From Minisyncoccia bacterium (GTDB taxonomy: Bacteria > Patescibacteriota > Minisyncoccia > UBA6257 > JAVHQB01): 64,000 nt of DNA. Below are positions 19,163 to 28,200 of this stretch, in pieces. The translations under genes and the position numbers were made by a program. The first letter of the stretch is position 1; each line of letters opens with the position of its first letter. The notes under the pieces were generated by a model. The model was not told where the DNA came from and ran no database searches. It saw only the letters and a list, made by a program, of their open reading frames with translations. Location: positions 194-64,193 of the forward strand of contig JBAQYG010000029.1 in assembly GCA_049299915.1 (NCBI GenBank), in the 5' to 3' direction.

Positions 19163-21618
19163 AAATTATAGATTTCAGACAAAACAGGTCATATATAAAG
19201 GCTGCTAGAGCAACCAGGTGGTTACTACAGCCTTGGTTTCGTTTCCTTTCGTATCTTTTAGTGATATTGGGATTTATTCTATTTTTAAATCTTTACCAAA
19301 ACGAAGATGCCGATCTTATCGCTGGCCCCATTGCTCTCTCCATTTTCTTTTTCATGCTTTTAAAATTCAGTGGCAGTTATTTTAGAAAATTGGAATTAAG
19401 AAATGTTTGCCAGAAATCTCTAGGGAACAATGTTTCTATTTTTGAGTGTACCGATTTTGAAGCTGCTTTAATTTTAGGGGAAGTAAATTTTAATAGCCCT
19501 GATTTAAAAAAGTTATTCAAAAGACTTTTAAATACAACTAAAGTTAATTTTATTGCTACCAAGCTTAATATTAATCAAAAAGATTTAATTGCTTTAGTAG
19601 ACAATATATTATTTTCTGATCCTGCCAAGGGTTTAAATTTAATTCTTAATTCAGCCTTAACCGAAGTACAAAATAGCGGAGAAGAATACCTATCTCCTGC
19701 CCATTTGTTCTATGGTTTTATAACCAACTTACCAAATAGAGAGCTCTTTTTAGCTAAATTAGAATTAAGCCTAGAAGATATAGCTAATCTTTGTTTTTGG
19801 AGCAATATTAATTTTGATAAAAGAAGAAAACTGCCTACTATAATAGAACGACTCAAAATATCCCAAGGTGGGCTCGGTAAGAACTGGGCTTTTGGTTATA
19901 CGCCCTATATGGAAAAGTATGGGGAAGAGATTACTGATAGTCGTCGCTTTCAATCTGTTTCTATGGAGGGGCGAGAAGATATCTTAGATAAAGTAAGTAT
20001 TATTTTGAGTCGAGATAGTAAAAATAGTTGCTTGATAGTAGGTCCTATTGGTGGAGGAAAAAGCAGCTTGGTCACTGCTCTAGCTGAAAAGATTTATTAC
20101 GGCAAAACTTATAAAGAAATAGCCTATAAAAGAGTGATTAGTTTGAATCTCGATAAAATTATTGCTAATACACTTGAAGAAACAAAAGAAGTACTTGTTA
20201 AGATTTTCACAGAGGCTTCAAGAGCCGGCAATATTATTCTTTTAATAGAGGACATAGAAAGAATCTTTAACAGTAATGGTCAGAATAACGAAGATGCTAT
20301 TGCTCAAGTTTTCTCATCATTCTTTAACAATTCAGATTTTAGAATAGTGGGTACGACTACGGGGAATAATTATCAAACCTACATTGCACCAAGGCCAATG
20401 TTAGCGGCGAGTTTAGAAGTTGTGCCTATGCCTCCAGCTAATTTTAGAGAAACCATTAGAGTGATGGAAGATCTGGCCCCTCATTTTGAAGGAAAATATA
20501 AAATAGCGATAACCTATGGAGCCATTGTTCAAATATACAAAGTAGCGGATAAATTTATCAGCATAAAGGATTTTCCTGGCAAAGCTTTAACTCTTATGGA
20601 TAGCATTTGTTTTGCTACCCACAATCGAGGAGAAAAAATTCTTAACAAAGACCTAGCCAATCAATTGTCCGAAGCCATTCTAAATATCCCTATTAATTCT
20701 TTTAATGCCAGCGAGAAAGAAAAACTATTACACTTAGAAGAAATTATTCATACTAGAGTAATTGGCCAAGAAGAGGCTATTAATGCTGTGGCCAATGCCT
20801 TGAGGCGAGCTCGGACTCAAATTAAAGATAGTAATAAACCCTTGGGTAGCTTTCTTTTCTTGGGCCCAACCGGTGTAGGCAAAACGGAATCTGCCAAAGC
20901 ACTAGCTTGGAGTTATTTTGGTAGTGAATCTAATATGGTACGTCTTGATATGAGCGAATACCAAACTCGTGAATCAGCTAATCGTTTATTAGGGTATAAA
21001 AATATCAATAGTAACGAATTAGTTGAAGGGAATTTCGTAAAAGCAATTAGGCAAACACCCTTCTGTGTAGTTTTATTAGATGAAATAGAAAAAGCTCACT
21101 CAGATATTTTAAATCTGTTTTTACAAGTTTTAGATGAAGGCTATTTAACGGATGGATTAGGAAATAAAGTAAACTTTAGTCAGACAATTATTATAGGGAC
21201 ATCTAACGCTGGTGCTAATCTGATTCGAGAGGAAGTAATTAAAGAAATGGCCATGGAGAAATTATCAAATGACTTATTGAATTATTTACAAAAGGAAAAT
21301 ATCTACAGGCCAGAATTTCTTAATCGTTTCGATGGCATTATAGTATTTAAACCATTAACCCAAGACCAAATACTGAAGATTGCAGATTTAATGTTTAAGA
21401 AAATTCAATCCCAAATGAAACTTAAGGGTTATATTATCTATTTAGGTGAAGGAGTAATCCAAAAATTAGCTGAATTAGGCTATCAACCAGAATTGGGGGC
21501 TAGACCTATGAATAGAGTCTTTCAAGATAAAGTAGAGAGCTTATTGGCTTTAAAGATTTTAAATGGTAGTCTTTTAAAAGGCGTTCCTTTAACCATTAAT
21601 TTGAAAGAGATCATCTAG
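19153..21618 (+). CDS. Membrane-anchored ClpB/ClpC-like double-AAA+ ATPase.
   Basis: The domain order is:
- Two N-terminal TM helices, then Clp_N-like repeats.
- A degenerate D1 AAA module (LIVGPIGGGKSSLVTALAEKI).
- A canonical D2 module (FLFLGPTGVGKTESAKALA, LDMSEYQTRES, VVLLDEIEKAHSDILNLFLQVLDEGYLTDGLGNKVNFSQTIIIGTSN). Confidence 0.7.
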   Translation: MDLKIIDFRQNRSYIKAARATRWLLQPWFRFLSYLLVILGFILFLNLYQNEDADLIAGPIALSIFFFMLLKFSGSYFRKLELRNVCQKSLGNNVSIFECTDFEAALILGEVNFNSPDLKKLFKRLLNTTKVNFIATKLNINQKDLIALVDNILFSDPAKGLNLILNSALTEVQNSGEEYLSPAHLFYGFITNLPNRELFLAKLELSLEDIANLCFWSNINFDKRRKLPTIIERLKISQGGLGKNWAFGYTPYMEKYGEEITDSRRFQSVSMEGREDILDKVSIILSRDSKNSCLIVGPIGGGKSSLVTALAEKIYYGKTYKEIAYKRVISLNLDKIIANTLEETKEVLVKIFTEASRAGNIILLIEDIERIFNSNGQNNEDAIAQVFSSFFNNSDFRIVGTTTGNNYQTYIAPRPMLAASLEVVPMPPANFRETIRVMEDLAPHFEGKYKIAITYGAIVQIYKVADKFISIKDFPGKALTLMDSICFATHNRGEKILNKDLANQLSEAILNIPINSFNASEKEKLLHLEEIIHTRVIGQEEAINAVANALRRARTQIKDSNKPLGSFLFLGPTGVGKTESAKALAWSYFGSESNMVRLDMSEYQTRESANRLLGYKNINSNELVEGNFVKAIRQTPFCVVLLDEIEKAHSDILNLFLQVLDEGYLTDGLGNKVNFSQTIIIGTSNAGANLIREEVIKEMAMEKLSNDLLNYLQKENIYRPEFLNRFDGIIVFKPLTQDQILKIADLMFKKIQSQMKLKGYIIYLGEGVIQKLAELGYQPELGARPMNRVFQDKVESLLALKILNGSLLKGVPLTINLKEII

Positions 21619-21620
21619 AT

Positions 21621-21815
21621 ATGATTACAGAAAAAATTGTTGACGGAAATACTACCATCCAATACAGCGTTAATCCTCTTAATCGCTGTCGAAAATCTTT
21701 TGGTATTGTTTTAAAAACCTTAATTAAAGCTGGACTTTTTGTTCTAGTAGTTTTTATTTATTTAGGAGTTATTTTTTTGTTAAGCTCTAAATTCAAACTT
21801 TTTAATTTACGCTAA
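21621..21815 (+). CDS. Small C-terminally anchored membrane protein (64 aa).
   Basis: It is wedged between the Clp-like and Pif1-like genes with only 2-nt and 4-nt gaps. The C-terminal 30 aa are hydrophobic. Confidence 0.35.
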   Translation: MITEKIVDGNTTIQYSVNPLNRCRKSFGIVLKTLIKAGLFVLVVFIYLGVIFLLSSKFKLFNLR

Positions 21816-21819
21816 AGCC

Positions 21820-23139
21820 ATGACCCAAGAAGAAGCTTTAGCTGTTTTAAAGTGTGGCTACAATGTTTTTATTACAGGAGCAGCTGGTTCTGGCAAAACC
21901 TATCTTTTAAGAGAGTACATAGAATATTTAAGAAAACATGGGATTGGAGTCGGAGTGACTGCTTCAACAGGCATTGCCGCTACTCATCTTGATGGTACCA
22001 CCATTCATTCCTGGTCTGGTTTAGGCATGAAAGATATTTTAGATGAAGACGATCTTAGAAAACTCAGTCGAAAACCTTATTTAAAAGAACGATTCAAAAA
22101 AACCAGTGTTTTAATTATCGACGAGATTTCTATGCTTTCTCAGGAGCAATTCGAGAGTCTGGATTTAATCTGCCAAAAGCTAAAGAAAAATGAAAGAAAT
22201 TTCGGTGGAATGCAGATAATTCTTTGCGGAGATTTTTTTCAATTGCCACCGGTAGGCAAAGAAGATGCTTTTGTCTGCGAATCTGAAGTGTGGCAAAGAA
22301 CTAATTTTAAAGTTTGCTATCTCGAAGAACAATATCGGCACCTGGACAAAAAGTTTGTTACCATTTTAGATTCAGTACGGAATAATCAAGTAATAGGGAA
22401 AACGTTGGAACTTTTAAATAAAACACTAACTAAATCAGAAGATGTCTCTAATAAAATAACTAAACTCTATACTCACAATGCAAACGTAGACGAGATAAAT
22501 AGCCAGGAGCTTAGTGCTATGCCTGGCAGGGGAACAACCTACAAAATGACTGACTATGGTGACGAGCATTTGGTTAAGAATCTAAAAAATAGTTGTTTGG
22601 CTAGCGAAGAATTAGTTCTCAAGAAAGGTGCTCTGGTTATGTTTTTAAAGAATAATTTTGAATTGGGATATGTAAACGGCACCCTAGGAACAATTTCTGA
22701 ATGTGAACCAGGGGAAAACCCTGTTGTTTTGACCAAAGATGGTAGACACATTACCGTTCCTCTAGCCAATTGGGAAATAGAAGATGAACAAGGGAAAAAT
22801 GTTTTAGCCATGGTTCAACAATATCCCTTGCGATTAGCTTGGGCTATTACTGTGCACAAAAGCCAAGGGATGACTCTCGATGAAGCCCTCGTCGATTTGT
22901 CTCATTCCTTTACTCCCGGAATGGGCTATGTAGCCCTTTCCCGTGTTAGAACACTCACTGGTCTTCATCTTTTAGGGTTTAATGATATAGCGCTCAAGGT
23001 TAGTAACAAAGCTATTAAATTAGATAAAATTTTTATAGAGCAGTCCAAAAAAATACAAAAAGAGATTTTTAAAACAGAAGATTATAAAACAAGGCAAAAA
23101 GAATATCTAGATTGGCTGCAAACTTTTAGTAATGCTTGA
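21820..23139 (+). CDS. Pif1/RecD-family 5'-3' DNA helicase.
   Basis: Walker A GAAGSGKTY, Walker B LIIDEISML, and the C-terminal VHKSQGMTLD and YVALSRV motifs typical of the Pif1 / AAA_30 / UvrD_C_2 architecture. Confidence 0.75.
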   Translation: MTQEEALAVLKCGYNVFITGAAGSGKTYLLREYIEYLRKHGIGVGVTASTGIAATHLDGTTIHSWSGLGMKDILDEDDLRKLSRKPYLKERFKKTSVLIIDEISMLSQEQFESLDLICQKLKKNERNFGGMQIILCGDFFQLPPVGKEDAFVCESEVWQRTNFKVCYLEEQYRHLDKKFVTILDSVRNNQVIGKTLELLNKTLTKSEDVSNKITKLYTHNANVDEINSQELSAMPGRGTTYKMTDYGDEHLVKNLKNSCLASEELVLKKGALVMFLKNNFELGYVNGTLGTISECEPGENPVVLTKDGRHITVPLANWEIEDEQGKNVLAMVQQYPLRLAWAITVHKSQGMTLDEALVDLSHSFTPGMGYVALSRVRTLTGLHLLGFNDIALKVSNKAIKLDKIFIEQSKKIQKEIFKTEDYKTRQKEYLDWLQTFSNA

Positions 23140-23263
23140 AAAAAATAATTAAAGTGCTATCATCTCCAAGCTGTTCTTTACAAAGCTATTAGGCAATTAA
23201 GTGAGTATCACTTGTTGACCCTTACTTAATTGCTTAGCCAAAAAATAGACAAGGAGGTGTAGA

Positions 23264-23935
23264 ATGAGAATCAATAGTGACGAACTGATTGATTGTATTT
23301 ATGAACTTCTTTCTCCAGACGAGAAGAGGATTGTTGTTTGGCAAAAACTGGGAGAGAAACATTGCCGAGTTACTTTCTTTGATAAAGAAGCTCTTGATCA
23401 AAAGAAAGAAAAAGAGCAAGAGAGAAAAAGAGACATGCTGTTCAGCATTGTTTGTAAAGCCGACAATGACTTAGTCATTGTTCACTGCAATACAGATCAC
23501 CAATTAGCACTCAGTATTTGTTTAGCCCTTTTAAAAAAGGGTTTAGATGTACGTTGTTTTGGACATGATGATCAAGGGGTGACAAAGAGAATTATCTTTG
23601 ACACTACTGTTTGCGATTTTTGTGAGTTTGTAAACAACTTACAGAATATTGCAAACGAACTTAACTTAGCCCTCAGCTTAAATGATAATCCTTTAGGAAA
23701 TTATAACGAGGGTTATCTTCTAGTTCGTATGAAAGAAGCGAATGGACGGGCTAAGATTATTGGGATTTTAATTAACCCTGGTGGTATCTTCCGAGTGACA
23801 ATACTTGATGGGTCGATTGATTTTTCTTATTTGATTTCAAAAATGAATAAGATAAACAATCGATTAATTATCAGAGAAACGATCTCAACCCACACGGGGA
23901 AAAAAGTGGTAACACGTTACAATTATTGCCACTGA
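23264..23935 (+). CDS. Hypothetical protein; first gene of the compositionally distinct island.
   Basis: A strong SD (caaggaggtg) sits 7 nt upstream of the ATG, and GC is visibly higher than in flanking genes. No known motif. Confidence 0.5.
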   Translation: MRINSDELIDCIYELLSPDEKRIVVWQKLGEKHCRVTFFDKEALDQKKEKEQERKRDMLFSIVCKADNDLVIVHCNTDHQLALSICLALLKKGLDVRCFGHDDQGVTKRIIFDTTVCDFCEFVNNLQNIANELNLALSLNDNPLGNYNEGYLLVRMKEANGRAKIIGILINPGGIFRVTILDGSIDFSYLISKMNKINNRLIIRETISTHTGKKVVTRYNYCH

Positions 23936-24108
23936 AGGCTCATTCCCTAGGCCTCAAATGCACATTAAAGCAGCTATTAAATTTATCGGTAGCTGCTTTT
24001 TCTTTGTCTTGCTATATATGATTTTATATTGTATAAATTAAGTATCTAAGCCAAAGTTTTGGCTGCTAAGTAGCACAGTAACAAGTCCAAAGCAAAGGAG
24101 GTAGGGAA

Positions 24109-25545
24109 ATGAGTGAAGAAGAATTACAGGGCCATGATATTGATTTGAGCCGTTTGGGCCCAACAACAAGTATTCGTCTGCTAGACACCAATGTTCTTCT
24201 GGACGATGCAAACGCAATGGAGACTTTTGATGACAGTTGGGTCTTTGTCGGACTTCATACACTGGCAAGTCTGAATAAAATCATTGATAACAGAAATATC
24301 TATCCAAGGACATTTGTAGACGCTAGTTTCGCTATTCAAGCACTGTCTGCATATGAATCTAAAGGCGACCTCAAAAAGGGCGTACCTATGGGCAAAAGTC
24401 TTTTGTTTGTAAACTATGATGGTGAAGATTGGGATGGATTACCTGAGGAAACAAAGAAAGACAAAAAGGATAATACCTTAATTGGTATTGCCAATGGTTT
24501 GAGAAAAAGGCTGTGCGATAATGGTTTGAAACAAAGTGTGATTATTGTTTCTAATAATATCTACCTGAGGATGCAAGCCAATGCCTGTGGTCTTATTGCT
24601 CAGCCTTATAACCAAAGCATTAGAACCATGGAACAACTCTATTCTGGAATTGTGCGAGTTAACCTCAACAAGGATGAAGAACAAAGCATTCTTCCAGACT
24701 TTCGTAGACCAAATGGAGCCATAAGCATAGACGAACTACAAAAAACCCTTCATGGTAAAAAATTGGTTCCTAACCAATTTGTTTACCTTATGGCGGGATC
24801 CAAAAGACAGGCCATTGGTATCTACAATGAAAATGATAGAAAGCTTTCCTACGTCGATTTCAGTGCCCCAAAGCTTCCTCGTAGTTTGGACAAGCCTCTG
24901 GTAGCTCTTAATCCAGAACAGGCCTGTGCAATATATGCACTGAATGATATACATAAGAAAATAGTTTCAGTTGCAGGAGTTGCTGGAACTGGTAAGACTG
25001 TTACTGCCTATGACGCTGGTCTAAGACAAGTCATTGGCAAATTATATGAAAGACTCGTTATCTTTAAGCCAATCAGGGAGGCAAGTGATGCGGAATTATG
25101 TGCTCTTCCTGGTGGTGTAGACGACAAAATGGCCCCTTGGGTAGCTCCAATTATAGCAACTCTCAAGAGGCTCTCTTCAAAAGGACCTAAGGACAAAAAC
25201 CTGGAGCAACTAATAAAAACAGGGGTGATTCAGATCCGGCCTATCAATTATGCAAGAGGTGATTCTATCGAGAACTCTTTCATAATTGTAGAAGAAGCCC
25301 AAAATCTTACACGTAATGAAATTAAGCTTATTATTACGCGGGTAGGAAATGGGTCTAAGATTGTTCTCATTGGCGATCCAACACAATGTGACAATCCACG
25401 TTTGGACTTTGGTTCAACTGGTCTCACATTGGCCATAGAGAAATTCAAAGGACACAAACTGGGTGATGATGACGGTGTTTGTCATGTTACCTTGATTGAG
25501 TCAGAGAGATCTTCGGTAGCTGCTCTTGCTGCTAAGCTTCTCTAA
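24109..25545 (+). CDS. PIN-PhoH fusion ATPase (PhoH2/YlaK-like).
   Basis: N-terminal PIN domain (IRLLDTNVLLDD ... D residues) and C-terminal PhoH P-loop ATPase (VAGVAGTGKTVTA, IIVEEAQNLT, LIGDPTQCD). A strong SD (aaaggaggtag) precedes it. Confidence 0.8.
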   Translation: MSEEELQGHDIDLSRLGPTTSIRLLDTNVLLDDANAMETFDDSWVFVGLHTLASLNKIIDNRNIYPRTFVDASFAIQALSAYESKGDLKKGVPMGKSLLFVNYDGEDWDGLPEETKKDKKDNTLIGIANGLRKRLCDNGLKQSVIIVSNNIYLRMQANACGLIAQPYNQSIRTMEQLYSGIVRVNLNKDEEQSILPDFRRPNGAISIDELQKTLHGKKLVPNQFVYLMAGSKRQAIGIYNENDRKLSYVDFSAPKLPRSLDKPLVALNPEQACAIYALNDIHKKIVSVAGVAGTGKTVTAYDAGLRQVIGKLYERLVIFKPIREASDAELCALPGGVDDKMAPWVAPIIATLKRLSSKGPKDKNLEQLIKTGVIQIRPINYARGDSIENSFIIVEEAQNLTRNEIKLIITRVGNGSKIVLIGDPTQCDNPRLDFGSTGLTLAIEKFKGHKLGDDDGVCHVTLIESERSSVAALAAKLL

Positions 25546-25575
25546 AGTACTTGTATTTATCACAGGGCCCCATGC

Positions 25576-25601
25576 AACGCATGGGGCTTTTTCATACAAT
25601 A
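25576..25601 (+). terminator. Rho-independent terminator after the PIN-PhoH gene.
   Basis: GC-rich hairpin gccccatgc/gcatggggc with loop aacg, followed by TTTTT. Confidence 0.7.
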
Positions 25602-25738
25602 TTAGTTATTGACGATATTAATTGATTATGTTACGGTATTGATGCACTTATACAATTAAAAAGGAGGTGATTAAAGTACACGGTCTGGAAGTAATATCAA
25701 GGTATTTTTTTTATACAATCCGATATAGGAGGTAAGGA

Positions 25739-26182
25739 ATGCGTGATCATGATAGGCTGGGATCTTTCAAAAGAGGTCTGGATGGACTATGTGAAAAAAA
25801 TGGTTGGCATATTGGCAAGCCTACTACCTTGCAAACGGTATCCAGGGTGGTACAGCTTGATCCTTTAGCCATAAATGACGATGATCAGTTGATCAATTAT
25901 CTCAAGAATCTTTACTCCGGAGCCATGTTGGAGTGGGAAATCTTGTGTTTCCCCGAAAGCTGTAAGGAATTATCCTTTCTAGCCTACTTCAAGCCCGGAT
26001 GTAGTGGAAAAGAGATTGCCATCGTAGAAATGACTTCACAGTTCTACGACTATTATCATGTTAGTCCTCAACAAGCGCAAGATTCTTTCTGGACTACCAT
26101 AGAGAAAGATTCTAAGCTACCCGTCTTTGGAGTAGTCTGGAAATCAGGCAGACGTCCAATCGTTTGCCATTGCGGTGATTAA
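25739..26182 (+). CDS. Hypothetical protein (147 aa) within the island.
   Basis: Strong SD (ataggaggtaagga) and higher GC. No known motif. Confidence 0.5.
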   Translation: MRDHDRLGSFKRGLDGLCEKNGWHIGKPTTLQTVSRVVQLDPLAINDDDQLINYLKNLYSGAMLEWEILCFPESCKELSFLAYFKPGCSGKEIAIVEMTSQFYDYYHVSPQQAQDSFWTTIEKDSKLPVFGVVWKSGRRPIVCHCGD

Positions 26183-26194
26183 GAGGATACATAT

Positions 26195-26602
26195 ATGGAT
26201 AATAGCGTCATCGCCAAACGCTTAGAAACATCAAGTAGGTTTGAAAACACAATGGCAACTCTGGCGAAGCGAGAAGGCTTGTTTCCTATTACTCATATAA
26301 AACAAGGAGATTGTTTGCATCAGGATGCTGCAAGCATGCCTAGTGCCGTTTACCTTGAGACGGTATATGGCCACTTGTTTTATTACAGGGAAACCTTAAC
26401 TTGTTTGAAAGTTGGCGTAATGTTTGGTTTTGGTAAAGTTCGAGATCGTTTCATGGTAGAGGTTGCCTCTCATTACGAGGGTATCTTCCGTGAAAAGTTC
26501 TTACCAACAATCAGAGCCAAATACTCAAGAAAGCAAATCCTGGTTTTTTCTAACCAGGGATCGATACTCTATCGTAGTCCTTCATTTAAGGCCCCGGGAT
26601 AA
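26195..26602 (+). CDS. Hypothetical protein (135 aa) within the island.
   Basis: SD aagagga present and higher GC. It is followed directly by a terminator hairpin. Confidence 0.5.
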   Translation: MDNSVIAKRLETSSRFENTMATLAKREGLFPITHIKQGDCLHQDAASMPSAVYLETVYGHLFYYRETLTCLKVGVMFGFGKVRDRFMVEVASHYEGIFREKFLPTIRAKYSRKQILVFSNQGSILYRSPSFKAPG

Positions 26603-26620
26603 AACTCGGGGCATTTTTGT
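26592..26620 (+). terminator. Rho-independent terminator closing the island.
   Basis: Hairpin ccccg/cgggg with loop ggataaaact, followed by a T-rich tract. It overlaps the stop codon of the 26195..26602 ORF. Confidence 0.55.
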
Positions 26621-26669
26621 TTGCCAAATAGATGTGAGAGCCTTATACTATAGTAAATTTTTAGTTTAT

Positions 26670-27245
26670 ATGAAGAAAAAGATTTTAATAATTCTAGTTT
26701 CAATCATTTTGATATCTTTGGGAGCCATCGTGGCTTATAATTTTTTTAATAATAAAATAGTTTCTTCTATGCCCCTTTCTCGTCAAGGAAAGATAGAAAC
26801 AAACTATTTTAAATTAGTGTTACCTTCTGGATGGGAGACTCAGGAACCAGCTTCAGAAAATTTTGTTTTAATAGCTTATAGAAAAGAAGACTCTAAAGAT
26901 TCTTTGGCAAGGAAAATAAACTATAAAACCAGTCTCTTTATTGCCAGAGAAGAACTGAATGGTAAAACCATTGTGGATTATGTAGCCCTTTTAAAAGAGG
27001 GTGTCCAACGAAAGAAAGAGAATGTTTTATTTCATTCTGAAAATGAAACTTCTTTCAACGGTCAAAAAGCCTATCTAATCGATGTAGAGTTAAAAGAAAA
27101 TGATATAGAATTTAAAAGTATCTTTGGTGTGATAGAGGGAAAAAATCAAGAAGTTTGGGTAATAAGTTTTAATACTCCCAAATTAGATTGGATTACAACG
27201 GCACCTCAGTTCTATAGTATTCTAAATAGCTTCTCAATTAATTAA
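26670..27245 (+). CDS. Membrane-anchored or secreted hypothetical protein (191 aa from the ATG at 26670; the ORF track extends it artificially to 26463).
   Basis: Starts MKKKILIILVSIILISLGAIVAYNFF (signal/anchor). The upstream track extension overlaps the previous gene and its terminator. Confidence 0.45.
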   Translation: MKKKILIILVSIILISLGAIVAYNFFNNKIVSSMPLSRQGKIETNYFKLVLPSGWETQEPASENFVLIAYRKEDSKDSLARKINYKTSLFIAREELNGKTIVDYVALLKEGVQRKKENVLFHSENETSFNGQKAYLIDVELKENDIEFKSIFGVIEGKNQEVWVISFNTPKLDWITTAPQFYSILNSFSIN

Positions 27246-27259
27246 TATTTAATAGTAAA

Positions 27260-27496
27260 ATGCTTCCAAATTTTTTAATGCAAAAAATGGTAGAGACTCA
27301 ATTGAAATCTTTACCCGAAGGTCAACGTGGGAAAATGATAAATCTTATACACAATAATCCAGATTTTTTTAAAGAAATGGCCGAAGACTTACAAAAAGAA
27401 TTAGCTAGTGGGAAAGATAATATGGCGGCAGCAATGATGGTCGCTCGTAAGAACGAAGCGAGGTTAAAAGAGCTACTTGAAAAGAATCCAGATTAA
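27260..27496 (+). CDS. Small hypothetical protein (78 aa).
   Basis: Open frame only, coil-like and charged. No motif. Confidence 0.3.
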   Translation: MLPNFLMQKMVETQLKSLPEGQRGKMINLIHNNPDFFKEMAEDLQKELASGKDNMAAAMMVARKNEARLKELLEKNPD

Positions 27497-27529
27497 GACT
27501 AAAGTGATATTAATAATAAATTATAAACT

Positions 27530-27733
27530 ATGAACAATTATTTAGCGCTTCTCAATAATCCCTACATTTTAGTGCCCTTGCTCCTTTGGTCATTGGTTTG
27601 GAAAGGACTAGCCCTTTGGCGTGCTGCTCGTCTTAATCAAAAAATTTGGTACGTTTGTATTTTGCCTATCAATACAATGGGTATTTTAGAGATTCTTTAT
27701 TTATATATTTTTAGTAGGCCCAAGAATCGTTAA
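27530..27733 (+). CDS. Small membrane protein (67 aa).
   Basis: Two hydrophobic helices. Confidence 0.3.
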   Translation: MNNYLALLNNPYILVPLLLWSLVWKGLALWRAARLNQKIWYVCILPINTMGILEILYLYIFSRPKNR

Positions 27734-27735
27734 AG

Positions 27736-28179
27736 ATGAAACTGCTTTTCAAAGAATCCTATCTTGCCTTTATCAAGAATAGTTGTAATACCCATTCTTT
27801 TAGAAATTTTTACGCTGAAATAGACGGCAAGACTATAGACATAGTTAAGGGCGGCAAAACAAGTTGTGCTTTTTTTGTTTCGTCCGTTCTTTTGACTTTT
27901 GGACTAATCAAAGCAAACCATTTAACGGTAGATGGTCTCCTAAAAGATATGAAAAAATCTGGTTGGTATTTAATAGACAAACCTTTACCAGGGGCAGTTC
28001 TTTTATGGGAAGAAAAAATCGGTCATGAACATACTGGTTTTTTCATAATAGATAAAAAGGCTATTAGCAATAACACGATAAAAAATTGTCCCATAATGCA
28101 TTCATTCAATTATTTAGGTAAAAGAAAAATCAAAGCTATTTATTGGCATAAACGACTAGAAAAGAATGTTTTTAATTAA
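27736..28179 (+). CDS. Hypothetical protein with an ordered Cys then His pattern (possible papain-like / NlpC-P60-like hydrolase).
   Basis: KGGKTSCAFFVSS followed by GHEHTGFF. The fold assignment is weak. Confidence 0.35.
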   Translation: MKLLFKESYLAFIKNSCNTHSFRNFYAEIDGKTIDIVKGGKTSCAFFVSSVLLTFGLIKANHLTVDGLLKDMKKSGWYLIDKPLPGAVLLWEEKIGHEHTGFFIIDKKAISNNTIKNCPIMHSFNYLGKRKIKAIYWHKRLEKNVFN

Positions 28180-28200
28180 AATACTTTTCTTATTTATTTT

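Noticed and set aside
24038-25457. Five minus-strand ORFs of 60-76 aa inside the PIN-PhoH gene.
   Set aside because: All lie within a strongly supported plus-strand CDS. They are likely frame shadows, though a hidden antitoxin cannot be fully excluded without expression data.
25663-25738. A possible 22-codon leader peptide (GTG...TAA overlapping the SD of the 25739 gene) downstream of a first AGGAGG.
   Set aside because: The GTG is immediately adjacent to the SD (spacing about 0-1 nt), which is too close for initiation. More likely there are two tandem SD-like sequences in a long 5' UTR.
26463-26669. The N-terminal extension of the track ORF 26463..27245.
   Set aside because: The extension overlaps the preceding gene in another frame and the terminator hairpin. 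The ATG at 26670, followed by a signal-anchor sequence, is the sensible start.
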